Source: an uncultured Clostridia bacterium (GTDB taxonomy: Bacteria; Bacillota; Clostridia; Christensenellales; UBA1242). Taken from it: DNA of 64,000 nucleotides. Location: contig CANRIT010000001.1 in the NCBI GenBank assembly GCA_947630745.1, positions 94,732-158,731 of the forward strand. The letters run 5' to 3'. Numbering within the stretch: position 1 is the first letter of the stretch; each line of letters starts with the position of its first letter. A program made the position numbers and the translations under genes. Positions 7,996 through 16,642 of the stretch are shown here, one piece after another. A model generated the notes under the pieces. The model had not been told where the DNA came from. It saw only the letters and a list, made by a program, of their open reading frames with translations, and ran no database searches.

Positions 7996-8592
7996 ATGAA
8001 TTTTGTTTTTGATTTGGACGACACTTTGTGTAATACTGCGGGGTTAAGTTTTAAATATATAAAACAATTTTTTTCAACACACAATTTGCCATATAAACAG
8101 ATTAAAGATGTAAGTCGTTTTGCGGAAGGGTATTTTGATTGGGATATAGAAACAGCAAAAAACTGGTACAAAAAATATGGCGATGAGATGATGCTGAATT
8201 TTGACATAGATAAAAATGTTAAGCCGTTTTTTGACAAGCTTTTAAAACTAAACCATAAGGTTATAATTTGTACCGCGCGCGCACGCGACTGGCACAGCGC
8301 ACCCAAAACCATAACAAAAGCATGGCTAAAAAAACATGATATAAAATTTTCCAAAATATACATTGGCAGATATGATAAAGAAAATGTTTGTTTAGACGAA
8401 AACGCGGATTTTTTTATTGATGACGATGTAAACATTTTAAACAATGTGCAGAATAAAACACACGGCAAAATTAAAACCTTTTTGATGACCACCGATTACA
8501 ACAAAAATTTGCCCGTGCCAAGCGGAGTAACGCGAGTTAAAAATTTTGCAGATTTTGTAAGGCGGATTAGTGATGAATTAAATATACGCTAA
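7996..8592 (+). CDS. HAD-superfamily hydrolase (possibly 5'(3')-deoxyribonucleotidase-like)
   Basis: N-terminal DxDxT motif (FVFDLDDTL); late FIDDD motif; 198 aa. Confidence 0.65.
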   Translation: MNFVFDLDDTLCNTAGLSFKYIKQFFSTHNLPYKQIKDVSRFAEGYFDWDIETAKNWYKKYGDEMMLNFDIDKNVKPFFDKLLKLNHKVIICTARARDWHSAPKTITKAWLKKHDIKFSKIYIGRYDKENVCLDENADFFIDDDVNILNNVQNKTHGKIKTFLMTTDYNKNLPVPSGVTRVKNFADFVRRISDELNIR

Positions 8593-8597
8593 AAATG

Positions 8598-8626
8598 TTG
8601 ACATTTTAAAATTTTAATTTTATAAT
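8598..8626 (+). promoter_or_regulatory. tRNA-Leu promoter, perfect TTGACA-17-TATAAT
   Basis: TTGACA 8598..8603, TATAAT 8621..8626; the tRNA begins at 8638. Confidence 0.65.
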
Positions 8627-8637
8627 AATCATGCCTT

Positions 8638-8724
8638 GCGGATATGGCGGAATTGGCAGACGCGCTAGATTCAGGTTCTAGTGGGGGCAACTCCTTGCAA
8701 GTTCAAATCTTGTTATCCGCACCA
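8638..8724 (+). tRNA. tRNA-Leu (anticodon CAG), long variable arm, encoded CCA
   Basis: Acceptor GCGGATA/TATCCGC; D-arm GGCGGAATTGGCAGACGCGC; anticodon stem CTAGA/TCTAG with loop TTCAGGT; T-loop GTTCAAATC; 3' ACCA. Confidence 0.92.
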
Positions 8725-8735
8725 CGGCGTGCAAC

Positions 8736-8800
8736 TTGCCCGATTTAATCATTTCCACTGTTGTGATATGCGATAGCTAAGCAGTGGAAATTTCATTTTT
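8736..8800 (+). repeat. Direct repeat A, copy 1 (65 bp) containing a 10-bp hairpin
   Basis: ttgcccgatttaatcatttccactgttgtgatatgcgatagctaagcagtggaaatttcattttt. It recurs at 9310..9375 with a single extra T. Inner stem atttccactg (8751..8760) / cagtggaaat (8782..8791). Outer stem ggcgtgcaacttgccc (8726..8741) / gggcaaattgcacgcc (8801..8816). Confidence 0.9.
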
Positions 8801-8844
8801 GGGCAAATTGCACGCCATCTATCAAGAGACACGCGAAGTCAATT

Positions 8845-8939
8845 AATTAAGCAAAGCGCGTTTCCCTTGATAATCCCTTCATTTCGTAAGTAAATATGTA
8901 AGCAATTTAGAATGTAATTTCTTCGAAGTGTTTTGCCCG
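8845..8939 (+). repeat. Direct repeat B, copy 1 (~95 bp)
   Basis: aattaagcaaagcgcgtttcccttgataatcccttcatttcgtaagtaa...gcaatttagaatgtaatttcttcgaagtgttttgcccg. It recurs at 9219..9316 with scattered substitutions and small indels. Confidence 0.85.
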
Positions 8940-9218
8940 TATTTGTCATTTTTGCAAAGAATGAAAATGGAAGAGATGCGAAAATTTCACTTTTGGGCTA
9001 ATTGCCCGCTTTATAAAGGGACACACATCGTCACAAACTGCACATTTGCTAAATTAATTTGTGGGACAAATTAATTGTAAGCCTATGTTTGTTTGTTCCT
9101 CTATAAAGGGACACACGAAGTTAGATAATCAAGGTAAAGCGCGTTTCCCTTTATAATCTCTTCATTTTGGGGTAGAACAAGTAAGTCATTTTGAAGGTTG
9201 TTCCGATGCGGGCAAATA

Positions 9219-9316
9219 AATTAAGCAAAGCGCGTTTCCCTTTATAATCTCTTCGTTTCGTAAGTAATCCTATGTGAGCAATTTAGAATGTAATTGCTTC
9301 GAAATATTTTTGCCCG
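9219..9316 (+). repeat. Direct repeat B, copy 2
   Basis: aattaagcaaagcgcgtttccctttataatctcttcgtttcgtaagtaa...gcaatttagaatgtaattgcttcgaaatatttttgcccg. It contains the small palindrome gcaatt-N8-aattgc. Confidence 0.85.
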
Positions 9317-9375
9317 ATTTAATCATTTCCACTGTTGTGATATGCGATAGCTAAGCAGTGGAAATTTCATTTTTT
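9310..9375 (+). repeat. Direct repeat A, copy 2
   Basis: Identical to 8736..8800 except for one extra T in the terminal T-run. Confidence 0.9.
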
Positions 9376-9565
9376 GGCAATTGCCCCGCGCGTTAAGGAA
9401 GTGAACCCACTTTCTTTTTGAAAATGTAATTTTTAATAAGTTTATCTTTTTTGTTGCTATTTGGCGATATTGGGTGAAAATTGCTTGTTTAAAAAATTTA
9501 TTTAAGGTAAAATAGAATGTTTCGACACCAATTGATTAGTCTAAAAATTGATTAAAGGAGGTGTT

Positions 9566-10549
9566 ATGGCAAAGATTATTGAATTTAACAACATTTGTAA
9601 AGACTTTAAAATTCCACTTAAAAGCAAGGGAGTGTGGGGAACAATAAAAAGTTTGTTTCACCGCAAATACAAGGTGATTAATGCGCTTAAAGATGTCAGC
9701 TTTTCAATTGAAGAGGGTGACATTGTTGGCTACATTGGTCCAAACGGCGCTGGCAAATCCACCACAATAAAAATCATGTCTGGCATTTTAACCCCCACTT
9801 CGGGCAGCTGCCTTATTGACGGATTTGTGCCATGGAAAAACCGCAAAAAATATGTTAAAAACATTGGCGTGGTGTTTGGTCAGCGTTCGCAACTTTGGTG
9901 GGATGTGCCAATACGCGACAGCTTTATTTTGCTAAAAGACATTTACAAAATTTCAAACGAAGAGTATTTTGAAACGCTAGACATGCTTACCAAAACACTT
10001 AATTTGGAAGATTTGTTGGACCGCCCATTAAGGCAACTTTCGCTTGGTCAAAAAATGAAGTGTGAGTTGGCGGGCGCGCTTTTGCACAAACCAAAAATTT
10101 TGTTTTTGGACGAGCCTACAATTGGCTTGGATGCAGTAACTAAACTTGCCGTACGGGACTTTATAAAATTTATAAACAAACAATGGCACACAACCGTAAT
10201 TTTAACCACGCACGACATGAATGATGTGGACGCGCTTACAAACAAAATAATTTTGATTGGTAAAGGCCAGATTTTGTACAACGGCAGTTTTGCTGAAATT
10301 AAGCACAAATATGCCTCGGCAAAAACCATTACTGTTGAATTTGCAAAAGAATACAGCAAGGTGGAACTTGAAAATTACACCGTGGTTGAACACAACAAAA
10401 ACACCGCGGTTTTTAAAACCGAAAGCGATTTTAACACAAAGGATTTTATTAACGAAATAAGCAAGAAATATGAAATTGTTGACTTTTCTGTTGATATGGT
10501 TGGTGTGGATGAAATTTTGGCAAAACTCTACACTGAATACCAAATTTAG
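9566..10549 (+). CDS. ABC transporter ATP-binding protein (COG4586-like)
   Basis: GPNGAGKST (Walker A), LSLGQKMK (signature), ILFLDEPT (Walker B). Start set at ATG 9566 after AAAGGAGG. Confidence 0.88.
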   Translation: MAKIIEFNNICKDFKIPLKSKGVWGTIKSLFHRKYKVINALKDVSFSIEEGDIVGYIGPNGAGKSTTIKIMSGILTPTSGSCLIDGFVPWKNRKKYVKNIGVVFGQRSQLWWDVPIRDSFILLKDIYKISNEEYFETLDMLTKTLNLEDLLDRPLRQLSLGQKMKCELAGALLHKPKILFLDEPTIGLDAVTKLAVRDFIKFINKQWHTTVILTTHDMNDVDALTNKIILIGKGQILYNGSFAEIKHKYASAKTITVEFAKEYSKVELENYTVVEHNKNTAVFKTESDFNTKDFINEISKKYEIVDFSVDMVGVDEILAKLYTEYQI

Positions 10550-10558
10550 GAGGAAAAC

Positions 10559-11356
10559 ATGTCTTCTTATTTTGGAATTTTTAAAATGCAATTTAAGGGC
10601 GAATTGCAGTATCGTGCAAAAGCCATTTCGGGTGTGCTGACGCAATTCTTTTGGGGGCTGATGTACATATATTTGTACAGCGCTTTTATGGGAGAACGCG
10701 GGTTGAACGGGTTTTCCATTGGGCAAATGGTCACCTATGTTTGGCTTGGGCAGGCGTTTTTTGCAATGAGATATATCAACACGCCAAAGCAAGTTTGCTC
10801 GCAAATAGAAACGGGCGATGTGTGCTACAATTTTGTGCGGCCGCTTAATTTATACAATCAATGGTATTTTAGTTACATTGGCTCAACTCTTGCCAGCACG
10901 CTGCTTAGATTTATCCCTATTTTGGTGGTTGCATCCGTGCTGCCAGCCAGCATGAGATTGTCGTTGCCAGTAAGCCTTGCTGCTTTTGTGCTGTTTTTGA
11001 TTTCGCTTGTTTTGGGCGCACTTATTAACGGCGCACTTTCTATGTTTGCCGTGTATTTAACCTTTATTACCCAATCGCAACGCGGGGCTGCCACCTTTGT
11101 TAATACAATAACTGGTTTGCTTGGTGGGGTGTTTGTGCCATTGCCAATGCTTCCGCAAGCGATGCAAAATGTGCTAAACTGGCTGCCTTTTAGATGTGTA
11201 AGCGACTTACCTTTTAGGATTTATGTTGGCAATATGGATATTAAAACCGCGCTTATTCAAATTGCAATTTCGTTTGTTTGGCTGCTGATTTTGCTTGGGA
11301 TTGGTAAGTTGCTTTTAAGCCGCTCGCTTAAAAAGACAATAATTCAAGGGGGTTAA
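10559..11356 (+). CDS. ABC-2-type permease subunit
   Basis: 265 aa with multiple hydrophobic spans; it follows the ATPase by 9 nt after GGAGG. Confidence 0.75.
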   Translation: MSSYFGIFKMQFKGELQYRAKAISGVLTQFFWGLMYIYLYSAFMGERGLNGFSIGQMVTYVWLGQAFFAMRYINTPKQVCSQIETGDVCYNFVRPLNLYNQWYFSYIGSTLASTLLRFIPILVVASVLPASMRLSLPVSLAAFVLFLISLVLGALINGALSMFAVYLTFITQSQRGAATFVNTITGLLGGVFVPLPMLPQAMQNVLNWLPFRCVSDLPFRIYVGNMDIKTALIQIAISFVWLLILLGIGKLLLSRSLKKTIIQGG

Positions 11357-11357
11357 A

Positions 11358-12137
11358 ATGCTGTACAACAAATATTTTAAAATGCACTTTAAATCCAACA
11401 TGCAGTATCGGCTTAACACCTTGCTTATAACCTTTACACAAACGATTGTTTCGCTTGGCGAACTGCTTGTGGTGTGGGTTATGTTTCAGCAATTTAAGTC
11501 GGTTGGATATTGGGGATTTTACGAAACACTTTTGATGTTTGGCGTGATTACCACCGTGTTTGCCTTTACTGAATGTTTCGCGCGCGGATATGATGAATTT
11601 AGCAACCTTATACGGAAAGGCGATTTGGATAGACTGCTGGTTAGACCAGTGAATTTGCACTTTCAAATTTTTGCGCAGAAGATTGAATTTTGCAAACTTG
11701 GCAGAGTTGTGCTTGGCATAATTATCAGCATTATTGCAATTGTAAATTTGGGCGTAAAATGGACGGTTGCAAAGGTGTTGGTGCTTATATCGGTGTATGT
11801 GTGCGGGGTGGTGATTATTACTGGCATATTTATGCTAAGCGCGGGAATAAATGTGTTTACTGTGGATAATAACGAATTTTTAAACATTATAACAAACGGC
11901 GGAAAAGAACTTTCTTACTACCCTATTAATGTTTACAAAAAATGGCTTACCCGCTTGTTTACCTTTGTTTTCCCATTTGCTTGCTTTAACTATTTGCCTA
12001 TATCTTACATTATGGGTTACGGAAGTTTGCCACCAATAATTTACGCGCTTTCACCCCTACTTGGAAGTTTGTTTATTATTCCATGTATATTGTTCTTTAA
12101 TTTTGCAATTAAAAGATATCAGAGCACAGGTACATAA
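11358..12137 (+). CDS. ABC-2-type permease subunit (second)
   Basis: 259 aa, polytopic; starts 1 nt after the previous stop. Confidence 0.75.
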   Translation: MLYNKYFKMHFKSNMQYRLNTLLITFTQTIVSLGELLVVWVMFQQFKSVGYWGFYETLLMFGVITTVFAFTECFARGYDEFSNLIRKGDLDRLLVRPVNLHFQIFAQKIEFCKLGRVVLGIIISIIAIVNLGVKWTVAKVLVLISVYVCGVVIITGIFMLSAGINVFTVDNNEFLNIITNGGKELSYYPINVYKKWLTRLFTFVFPFACFNYLPISYIMGYGSLPPIIYALSPLLGSLFIIPCILFFNFAIKRYQSTGT

Positions 12138-12740
12138 AAAATTGGCTTTTTGTCAATTTTTTTAATTATTTATTAAATTTTGTTAATAATTTATGATTTT
12201 TTTTATTATATTTTTTAAAATTTTTTATTAAATAATCTAATTTTTACATCAAACAAAATAATTAATTGAATAAAATTTTTTTTATTAATAAACCACAAAA
12301 TAACCAATCAAAATATTCAATAATTTTATAAATTTTATTGATAAATATAATTATTTTTTTAAAATCCAAATAAATAAAATATGCCTATTTTATAGTATTT
12401 CTAATAATTATTTAATATAGTTTTTTTAATAAATATTTGTTTTTTGATTTGGAAATATTCTTAAATATCTTTTAATTAAATTGATTAAATATAATTAGTT
12501 TTTTAATAGCAATTTTATTTTTTAATTTAAATGTGATATTTAATATTTCACACCTTAAAATAATTCCAAATTTTTTATTTTATATTTTATTATCATAATC
12601 ACAAAAGCCAATTATTTTTTAATTTTAAAAATAATTTATATTATTCAATTAAAACAATTTTTTATTAAATTTTTAAAAATATTATAAATTTTTATTAAAT
12701 TTACATAATTTTTTATTATTTTTTGTGATTTTTAATTAAT
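12138..12740. other. ~600-bp ORF-free, almost pure A/T spacer between convergent genes
   Basis: No ORF of 60 aa or more in any frame. G/C occur only sporadically. Imperfect inverted 13/14-mers aattggctttttgt (12140..12153) and acaaaagccaatt (12601..12613). Confidence 0.8.
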
Positions 12741-14792
12741 TTATTTATTTTTTTGCTTTTTATTTGGATTATATTTTAATGCGCGCATGCTGTTTAAAAT
12801 TGCAAGTACGGTAACTCCCACATCGGCAAACACGGCTGCTAGCATTCCAGTTACTCCAAGCGCACCCAGTGTTAAAAATGTTATTTTTATAACCGCGGAC
12901 AAAATTATATTTTCCCAAACAATTTTGCGAGTGTAGCGCGAAATTTTTATTGCCGTGGTGATTTTTTGTGGATTGTCGTCAACTATTACCACATCGCTTG
13001 CTTCAATGCTTGCGGGCGCGCCATTTATTCCCATAGAAAATCCAACATCCGCCACCGCCAAAGACGGCGCATCATTAATTCCGTCACCCACATAGCCAAT
13101 TTTTATATTCTTTTCCTTGCACGCTTTTAAATATTCATATTTTTGTTTTGGCAAAAGATTGTGTTGCACTTCTGTTATGTCTAGTTGTTTTGCGACCTTT
13201 TCTGCCGTCTGTTTGTTGTCACCCGACAGAAGCGCGGTTTTTATCCCCATAAGTTTTAATTGTTTGCAAGCATCGAGCGAAGTGTGTTTTAATGTGTCGC
13301 AAAGTTCAATTGTGCCAATTGGCGAGTTGTTTTTGTACACTTCCACAATTGTGGATTTTTGTTCGGCGGACATTCTGCCCACAAAATAATTGTCTTTATT
13401 AAGCACATATTCCACCCCTTTGCCCGCAACTTCTTTTACATTTTTAATTGTCTTAATCGGCTTTTTGTTTGCTGCTACAATCGCCTTTGCCAGCGGGTGA
13501 AGTGAATGCTGTTCGCCCAGCGCGGCGTAGTATAAAACATCTTGTTTGCTAAAATTTTGTGACGGCGTAATTTTGGTGATTTCAAATTCGCCAGTTGTAA
13601 GCGTACCCGTTTTGTCAAACGCCACCATATTTAAGCCCGAGCAAACATCCAAAAAGTTTGAACCCTTAATAAGCACCCCATTTTTGCTTGCGTTGCCCAA
13701 GCCCGAGAAATACGACAGCGGCACACTTATTGCAAACGCGCACGGGCAGGACACAACAAGGAAAATCAGCCCGCGATAAAAAGCATCTTCCAAATTTTTT
13801 GTTGCCGCCCAAACAATGCCCCAAATAAGCACTGCCAGCACAACCACACCCAGCGTGTACCAGCGGGTAAGTTTTGAAATAAAGGTTTCGGTTTTGCTTT
13901 TGTTTTCTGTGGCGTTTTCCACCAAATTCATAATTTTGCTTATTGCGCTGTCTTTATAAAGGCTGGTGGTTTTTATTTCCAGCGTGCCGTCAAGCACAAT
14001 GCCGCCCGACAAAATTTCATCCCCCACAACCTTTGTAACTGGCACGCTTTCGCCCGTTAAACTTTTGTTGTCGATTGACGATTGCCCGCTTACAATAACG
14101 CCATCAATAGGCACTTTTTCACCCGCATGCACAACAATTATGCTGCCCTTTTTTACCTCAGCGGGGTTAACGCGCGTTTCTTTTTTGCGGACAAGCAGAT
14201 TGGCGTATTCTGGCTGCATCTGTGCCAATTTTTCAATGCTTCTGCGGCTGCGATTTACCGCCAAACTTTCAAACAATTTGCCAATTGAATACAGCGCGAT
14301 AACCATGAGCCCTTCCATGTGTTCGCTTATTATTGACGCGCCCACAACCGAAATTGTTATAAGTAGATTTTCGTTTACCTTGCCCTTGAACAGCATGCGG
14401 ATTGCCTTGATGTAAGTTTTGTATCCAAGCAGCAGCGCGCTTACAACATACAGCGTCCAATACAGCCAGCGGGCAAGCGGACAAAAGAATATAAAAACGC
14501 CCAGTGCAATGCCCAAAAGCAAACAAGTTAGGTCAACAATCCACTTTTTGCTTTGTTTTTGCGCTTGTTTTGATTGGTGCGGCAGGCTTATTTGCGCATC
14601 GGGTTCAAGCTGTTTGGTTAGGCTTATGATTTTTTCAATTGCCAGTTGCGGTTGGTCGCTTTCAAATGTAAGCGCATTTTTTACAAACTCTATTGATGCG
14701 TTTTTCACCCCATCAAGTTTGTTGATTGCTTCTTCCAGCTTTTTTGCACAATTTGGACAATCCAGCCCAGTAATTTTAAGTTTAGTCTTCAT
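12741..14792 (-). CDS. cadA: Heavy-metal (Cd/Zn/Co-type) translocating P1B-type ATPase
   Basis: HMA domain GLDCPNCAKKLE, CPC transmembrane motif (VSCPCAF), DKTGTLT, GDGINDAP. Start set at MKTKLKITG (14792). Confidence 0.88.
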   Translation of the reverse strand: MKTKLKITGLDCPNCAKKLEEAINKLDGVKNASIEFVKNALTFESDQPQLAIEKIISLTKQLEPDAQISLPHQSKQAQKQSKKWIVDLTCLLLGIALGVFIFFCPLARWLYWTLYVVSALLLGYKTYIKAIRMLFKGKVNENLLITISVVGASIISEHMEGLMVIALYSIGKLFESLAVNRSRRSIEKLAQMQPEYANLLVRKKETRVNPAEVKKGSIIVVHAGEKVPIDGVIVSGQSSIDNKSLTGESVPVTKVVGDEILSGGIVLDGTLEIKTTSLYKDSAISKIMNLVENATENKSKTETFISKLTRWYTLGVVVLAVLIWGIVWAATKNLEDAFYRGLIFLVVSCPCAFAISVPLSYFSGLGNASKNGVLIKGSNFLDVCSGLNMVAFDKTGTLTTGEFEITKITPSQNFSKQDVLYYAALGEQHSLHPLAKAIVAANKKPIKTIKNVKEVAGKGVEYVLNKDNYFVGRMSAEQKSTIVEVYKNNSPIGTIELCDTLKHTSLDACKQLKLMGIKTALLSGDNKQTAEKVAKQLDITEVQHNLLPKQKYEYLKACKEKNIKIGYVGDGINDAPSLAVADVGFSMGINGAPASIEASDVVIVDDNPQKITTAIKISRYTRKIVWENIILSAVIKITFLTLGALGVTGMLAAVFADVGVTVLAILNSMRALKYNPNKKQKNK

Positions 14793-15156
14793 TTGCTTCC
14801 TCCTTAACATGCGCCAAACTTATTTCAAACACTTCGCGCACATGCTGGTCGGCAAGCGAGTAAAACACCTCTTTGCCCTGCTTTCTGCTTTTTATTAAAT
14901 TCATCTCTTTAAGGTTTTGCAGTTGGTGTGACACCGCTGATTTTGTCATGTTTAATATGGACGAAATATCGCACACGCACAGTTCGCCATCATCAAGCGC
15001 GTTGATGATTTTTATTCGCGTGCTGTCAGACAACGCTTTGAAAAAATCCGCCATATCAAGCAGCGTTTCATCGTCAAGCATGCGCGATTTTGCACTTGAC
15101 ACATGGTCGGCATGAATTGTGTTGCAATCACACATTGCACATCTACATTTGGTCAT
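14782..15156 (-). CDS. ArsR/SmtB-family metalloregulator (CadC-like)
   Basis: Cys-rich N-terminus MTKCRCAMCDC, the ELCVCD metal site, and the wHTH SAVSHQLQNLKEMNLI. It overlaps the ATPase start. Confidence 0.85.
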   Translation of the reverse strand: MTKCRCAMCDCNTIHADHVSSAKSRMLDDETLLDMADFFKALSDSTRIKIINALDDGELCVCDISSILNMTKSAVSHQLQNLKEMNLIKSRKQGKEVFYSLADQHVREVFEISLAHVKEEANED

Positions 15157-15169
15157 TTTGTCTCCTTAG

Positions 15170-15219
15170 TTGAATAAACATTCAACCATATTATAATTGA
15201 ATATATGTTCAACTGTCAA
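15170..15219 (-). promoter_or_regulatory. cadC-cadA promoter with two 16-bp palindromic operators
   Basis: TTGAATAAACATTCAA at 15170..15185 (5' UTR) and TTGAATATATGTTCAA at 15197..15212, which sits exactly in the spacer between TTGACA (15219..15214) and TATAAT (15195..15190). Confidence 0.7.
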
Positions 15220-15498
15220 CTATTTTAATCGATTTTTTAAATTTTTTTTAAAAATATGAATTTTAAATAAAAAGGATTTAAAATAACCAAATTGTGATTA
15301 CACGATATATGAATAGAATTTATTTAAACAAGGAATTTAATGAATTTTAAGTTTATAAAATAAAAAAAACATTCGCCACTCTAATTTTAAACAAGTGGCT
15401 TTTGCCATAGTTTTGATTTACTTTGATAATCTATGTGACAAAATATTGCAACAAAGACAAAATAAATTTAAAAATTGAAACTAAACTGGATTTTGTTG

Positions 15499-15527
15499 TT
15501 GCAAAATTAAAATTTTTGTGATATAAT
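15499..15527 (+). promoter_or_regulatory. Promoter TTGCAA-17-(TGn)TATAAT upstream of tRNA-Ser
   Basis: TTGCAA 15499..15504, TATAAT 15522..15527. The tRNA begins ~135 nt downstream, so a long leader or a separate small transcript is implied. Confidence 0.45.
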
Positions 15528-15662
15528 ACAACCGCAAGTGTTTTGTGTAGCGCAAAAACAATTTGCAAAATTATCTTCCGCTGCGAACAACACATTTGTA
15601 AACCAAACTAAAACATTTTTATCTAACAAATTAAGATTTACCAAGCACAGAACACACTTTAT

Positions 15663-15750
15663 GGAGAGTTGTCAGAGTGGTCGAATGTGCCGCTCTCGAA
15701 AAGCGGTAAGGTGCAAGCCTTCGGCGGTTCGAATCCGCCACTCTCCGCCA
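15663..15750 (+). tRNA. tRNA-Ser (anticodon CGA), long variable arm, encoded CCA
   Basis: Acceptor GGAGAGT/ACTCTCC; anticodon stem CCGCT/AGCGG with loop CTCGAAA; T-loop GGTTCGAATCC. Confidence 0.92.
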
Positions 15751-15759
15751 GAGTCAAAT

Positions 15760-15795
15760 AAAACGAACCACTATAAGTTCGTTTTATTTTTTTAT
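15760..15795 (+). terminator. Intrinsic terminator, stem AAAACGAAC/GTTCGTTTT (family member 1)
   Basis: 15760..15768 pairs with 15777..15785; 8-nt loop; T-run follows. Confidence 0.7.
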
Positions 15796-15851
15796 GTTGG
15801 ATTGTTTTGGAATTTGGTTTATGATGTGATATAATATAGCAAGGAGTAGAT

Positions 15852-16271
15852 ATGAAAACTGTAAAGGCGGGATGTTTTTTAATAAATAAAGAAAAGGGAA
15901 CTATTGCAATAGTCTATAGGGAAAATAAAAAAGATTATTCATTCCCAAAAGGGCATTTGGAAGATGGTGAAGACATAAAAACATGTGCCTTGCGAGAGAC
16001 GGCGGAAGAAACAAAGAGGGAAGCTGAAATTGTTAAAGAATTTGATCCCTACATAGAAAGATACACAACACCAAGTGGAGAAGATTGCGTTTGCTATATG
16101 TATTTTGCATTGGATAAGGGGAAAAGCGACAACAAAAGCACAGACACTCATGAGGTGCACTGGATTCCGTTTAATGAGGTTGAAAATATATTATCTTACC
16201 CTAGTTTGAAAGAAACTTGGAATAATGTAAAAGGCAATATCCAAAAAATTTTACAATCAAAAGATTTGTAA
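15852..16271 (+). CDS. NUDIX hydrolase
   Basis: Nudix box GHLEDGEDIKTCALRETAEETKRE; AAGGAG before the ATG. Confidence 0.85.
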   Translation: MKTVKAGCFLINKEKGTIAIVYRENKKDYSFPKGHLEDGEDIKTCALRETAEETKREAEIVKEFDPYIERYTTPSGEDCVCYMYFALDKGKSDNKSTDTHEVHWIPFNEVENILSYPSLKETWNNVKGNIQKILQSKDL

Positions 16272-16396
16272 GAGATATCCATCTTTGACCAAGTCGGCAT
16301 TTCAAGCAACCCAGCCAATTTTTTTAGCTTAACATTTTCGCTTGCATCATGTTTTTTTAAATATTGTTTTTATATGTTATAATAGATTAATGATTA

Positions 16397-16636
16397 GTGG
16401 GTGTCTTAGTGGGAAGAAGAAGTCTAATTTCTATGACAACTATAAATAGACTAATTTCCGCATCAAATAGAATTAAAAGAGAAAATCACAATAAGGAATT
16501 AATAAATTTACAGGGCGGAAATGATAAGGAAAGAGATCCAATATATAAGTTGGGTAAAGTGGAAACAGAGAAGCAGTTGATTTATGAATATAATTCGCGA
16601 GATAATGGATATAATGGCACAAGCGGAAATACATAA
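16397..16636 (+). CDS. Doubtful small ORF (79 aa from GTG; 67 aa from the internal ATG)
   Basis: ORF only. Weak initiation signals and no motif. Confidence 0.2.
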   Translation: MGVLVGRRSLISMTTINRLISASNRIKRENHNKELINLQGGNDKERDPIYKLGKVETEKQLIYEYNSRDNGYNGTSGNT

Positions 16637-16642
16637 AATTGG

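Noticed and set aside
8726-9380. Possible CRISPR array, given many short repeats and no ORFs
   Set aside because: The repeat units have different lengths (16, 65 and ~95 bp). They occur in both orientations and are not separated by regular unique spacers. No cas genes lie in the window.
12138-12740. Hidden small genes, a pseudogene or an RNA gene in the A/T block
   Set aside because: Stops are dense in all six frames. There is no SD/ATG pairing and no G/C-supported stems that would indicate a structured RNA. It is kept only as a compositional oddity.
15538-15834. 98-aa ORF in the track spanning the tRNA-Ser locus
   Set aside because: It overlaps a canonical tRNA-Ser (15663..15750) and its terminator and has no SD. 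ORF 39977..40210 likewise overlaps tRNA-Arg.
16272-16642. A real gene or pseudogene between the Nudix and choloylglycine hydrolase genes
   Set aside because: There is only a 79-aa GTG ORF with weak signals and low-complexity content. It is listed at low confidence rather than claimed.
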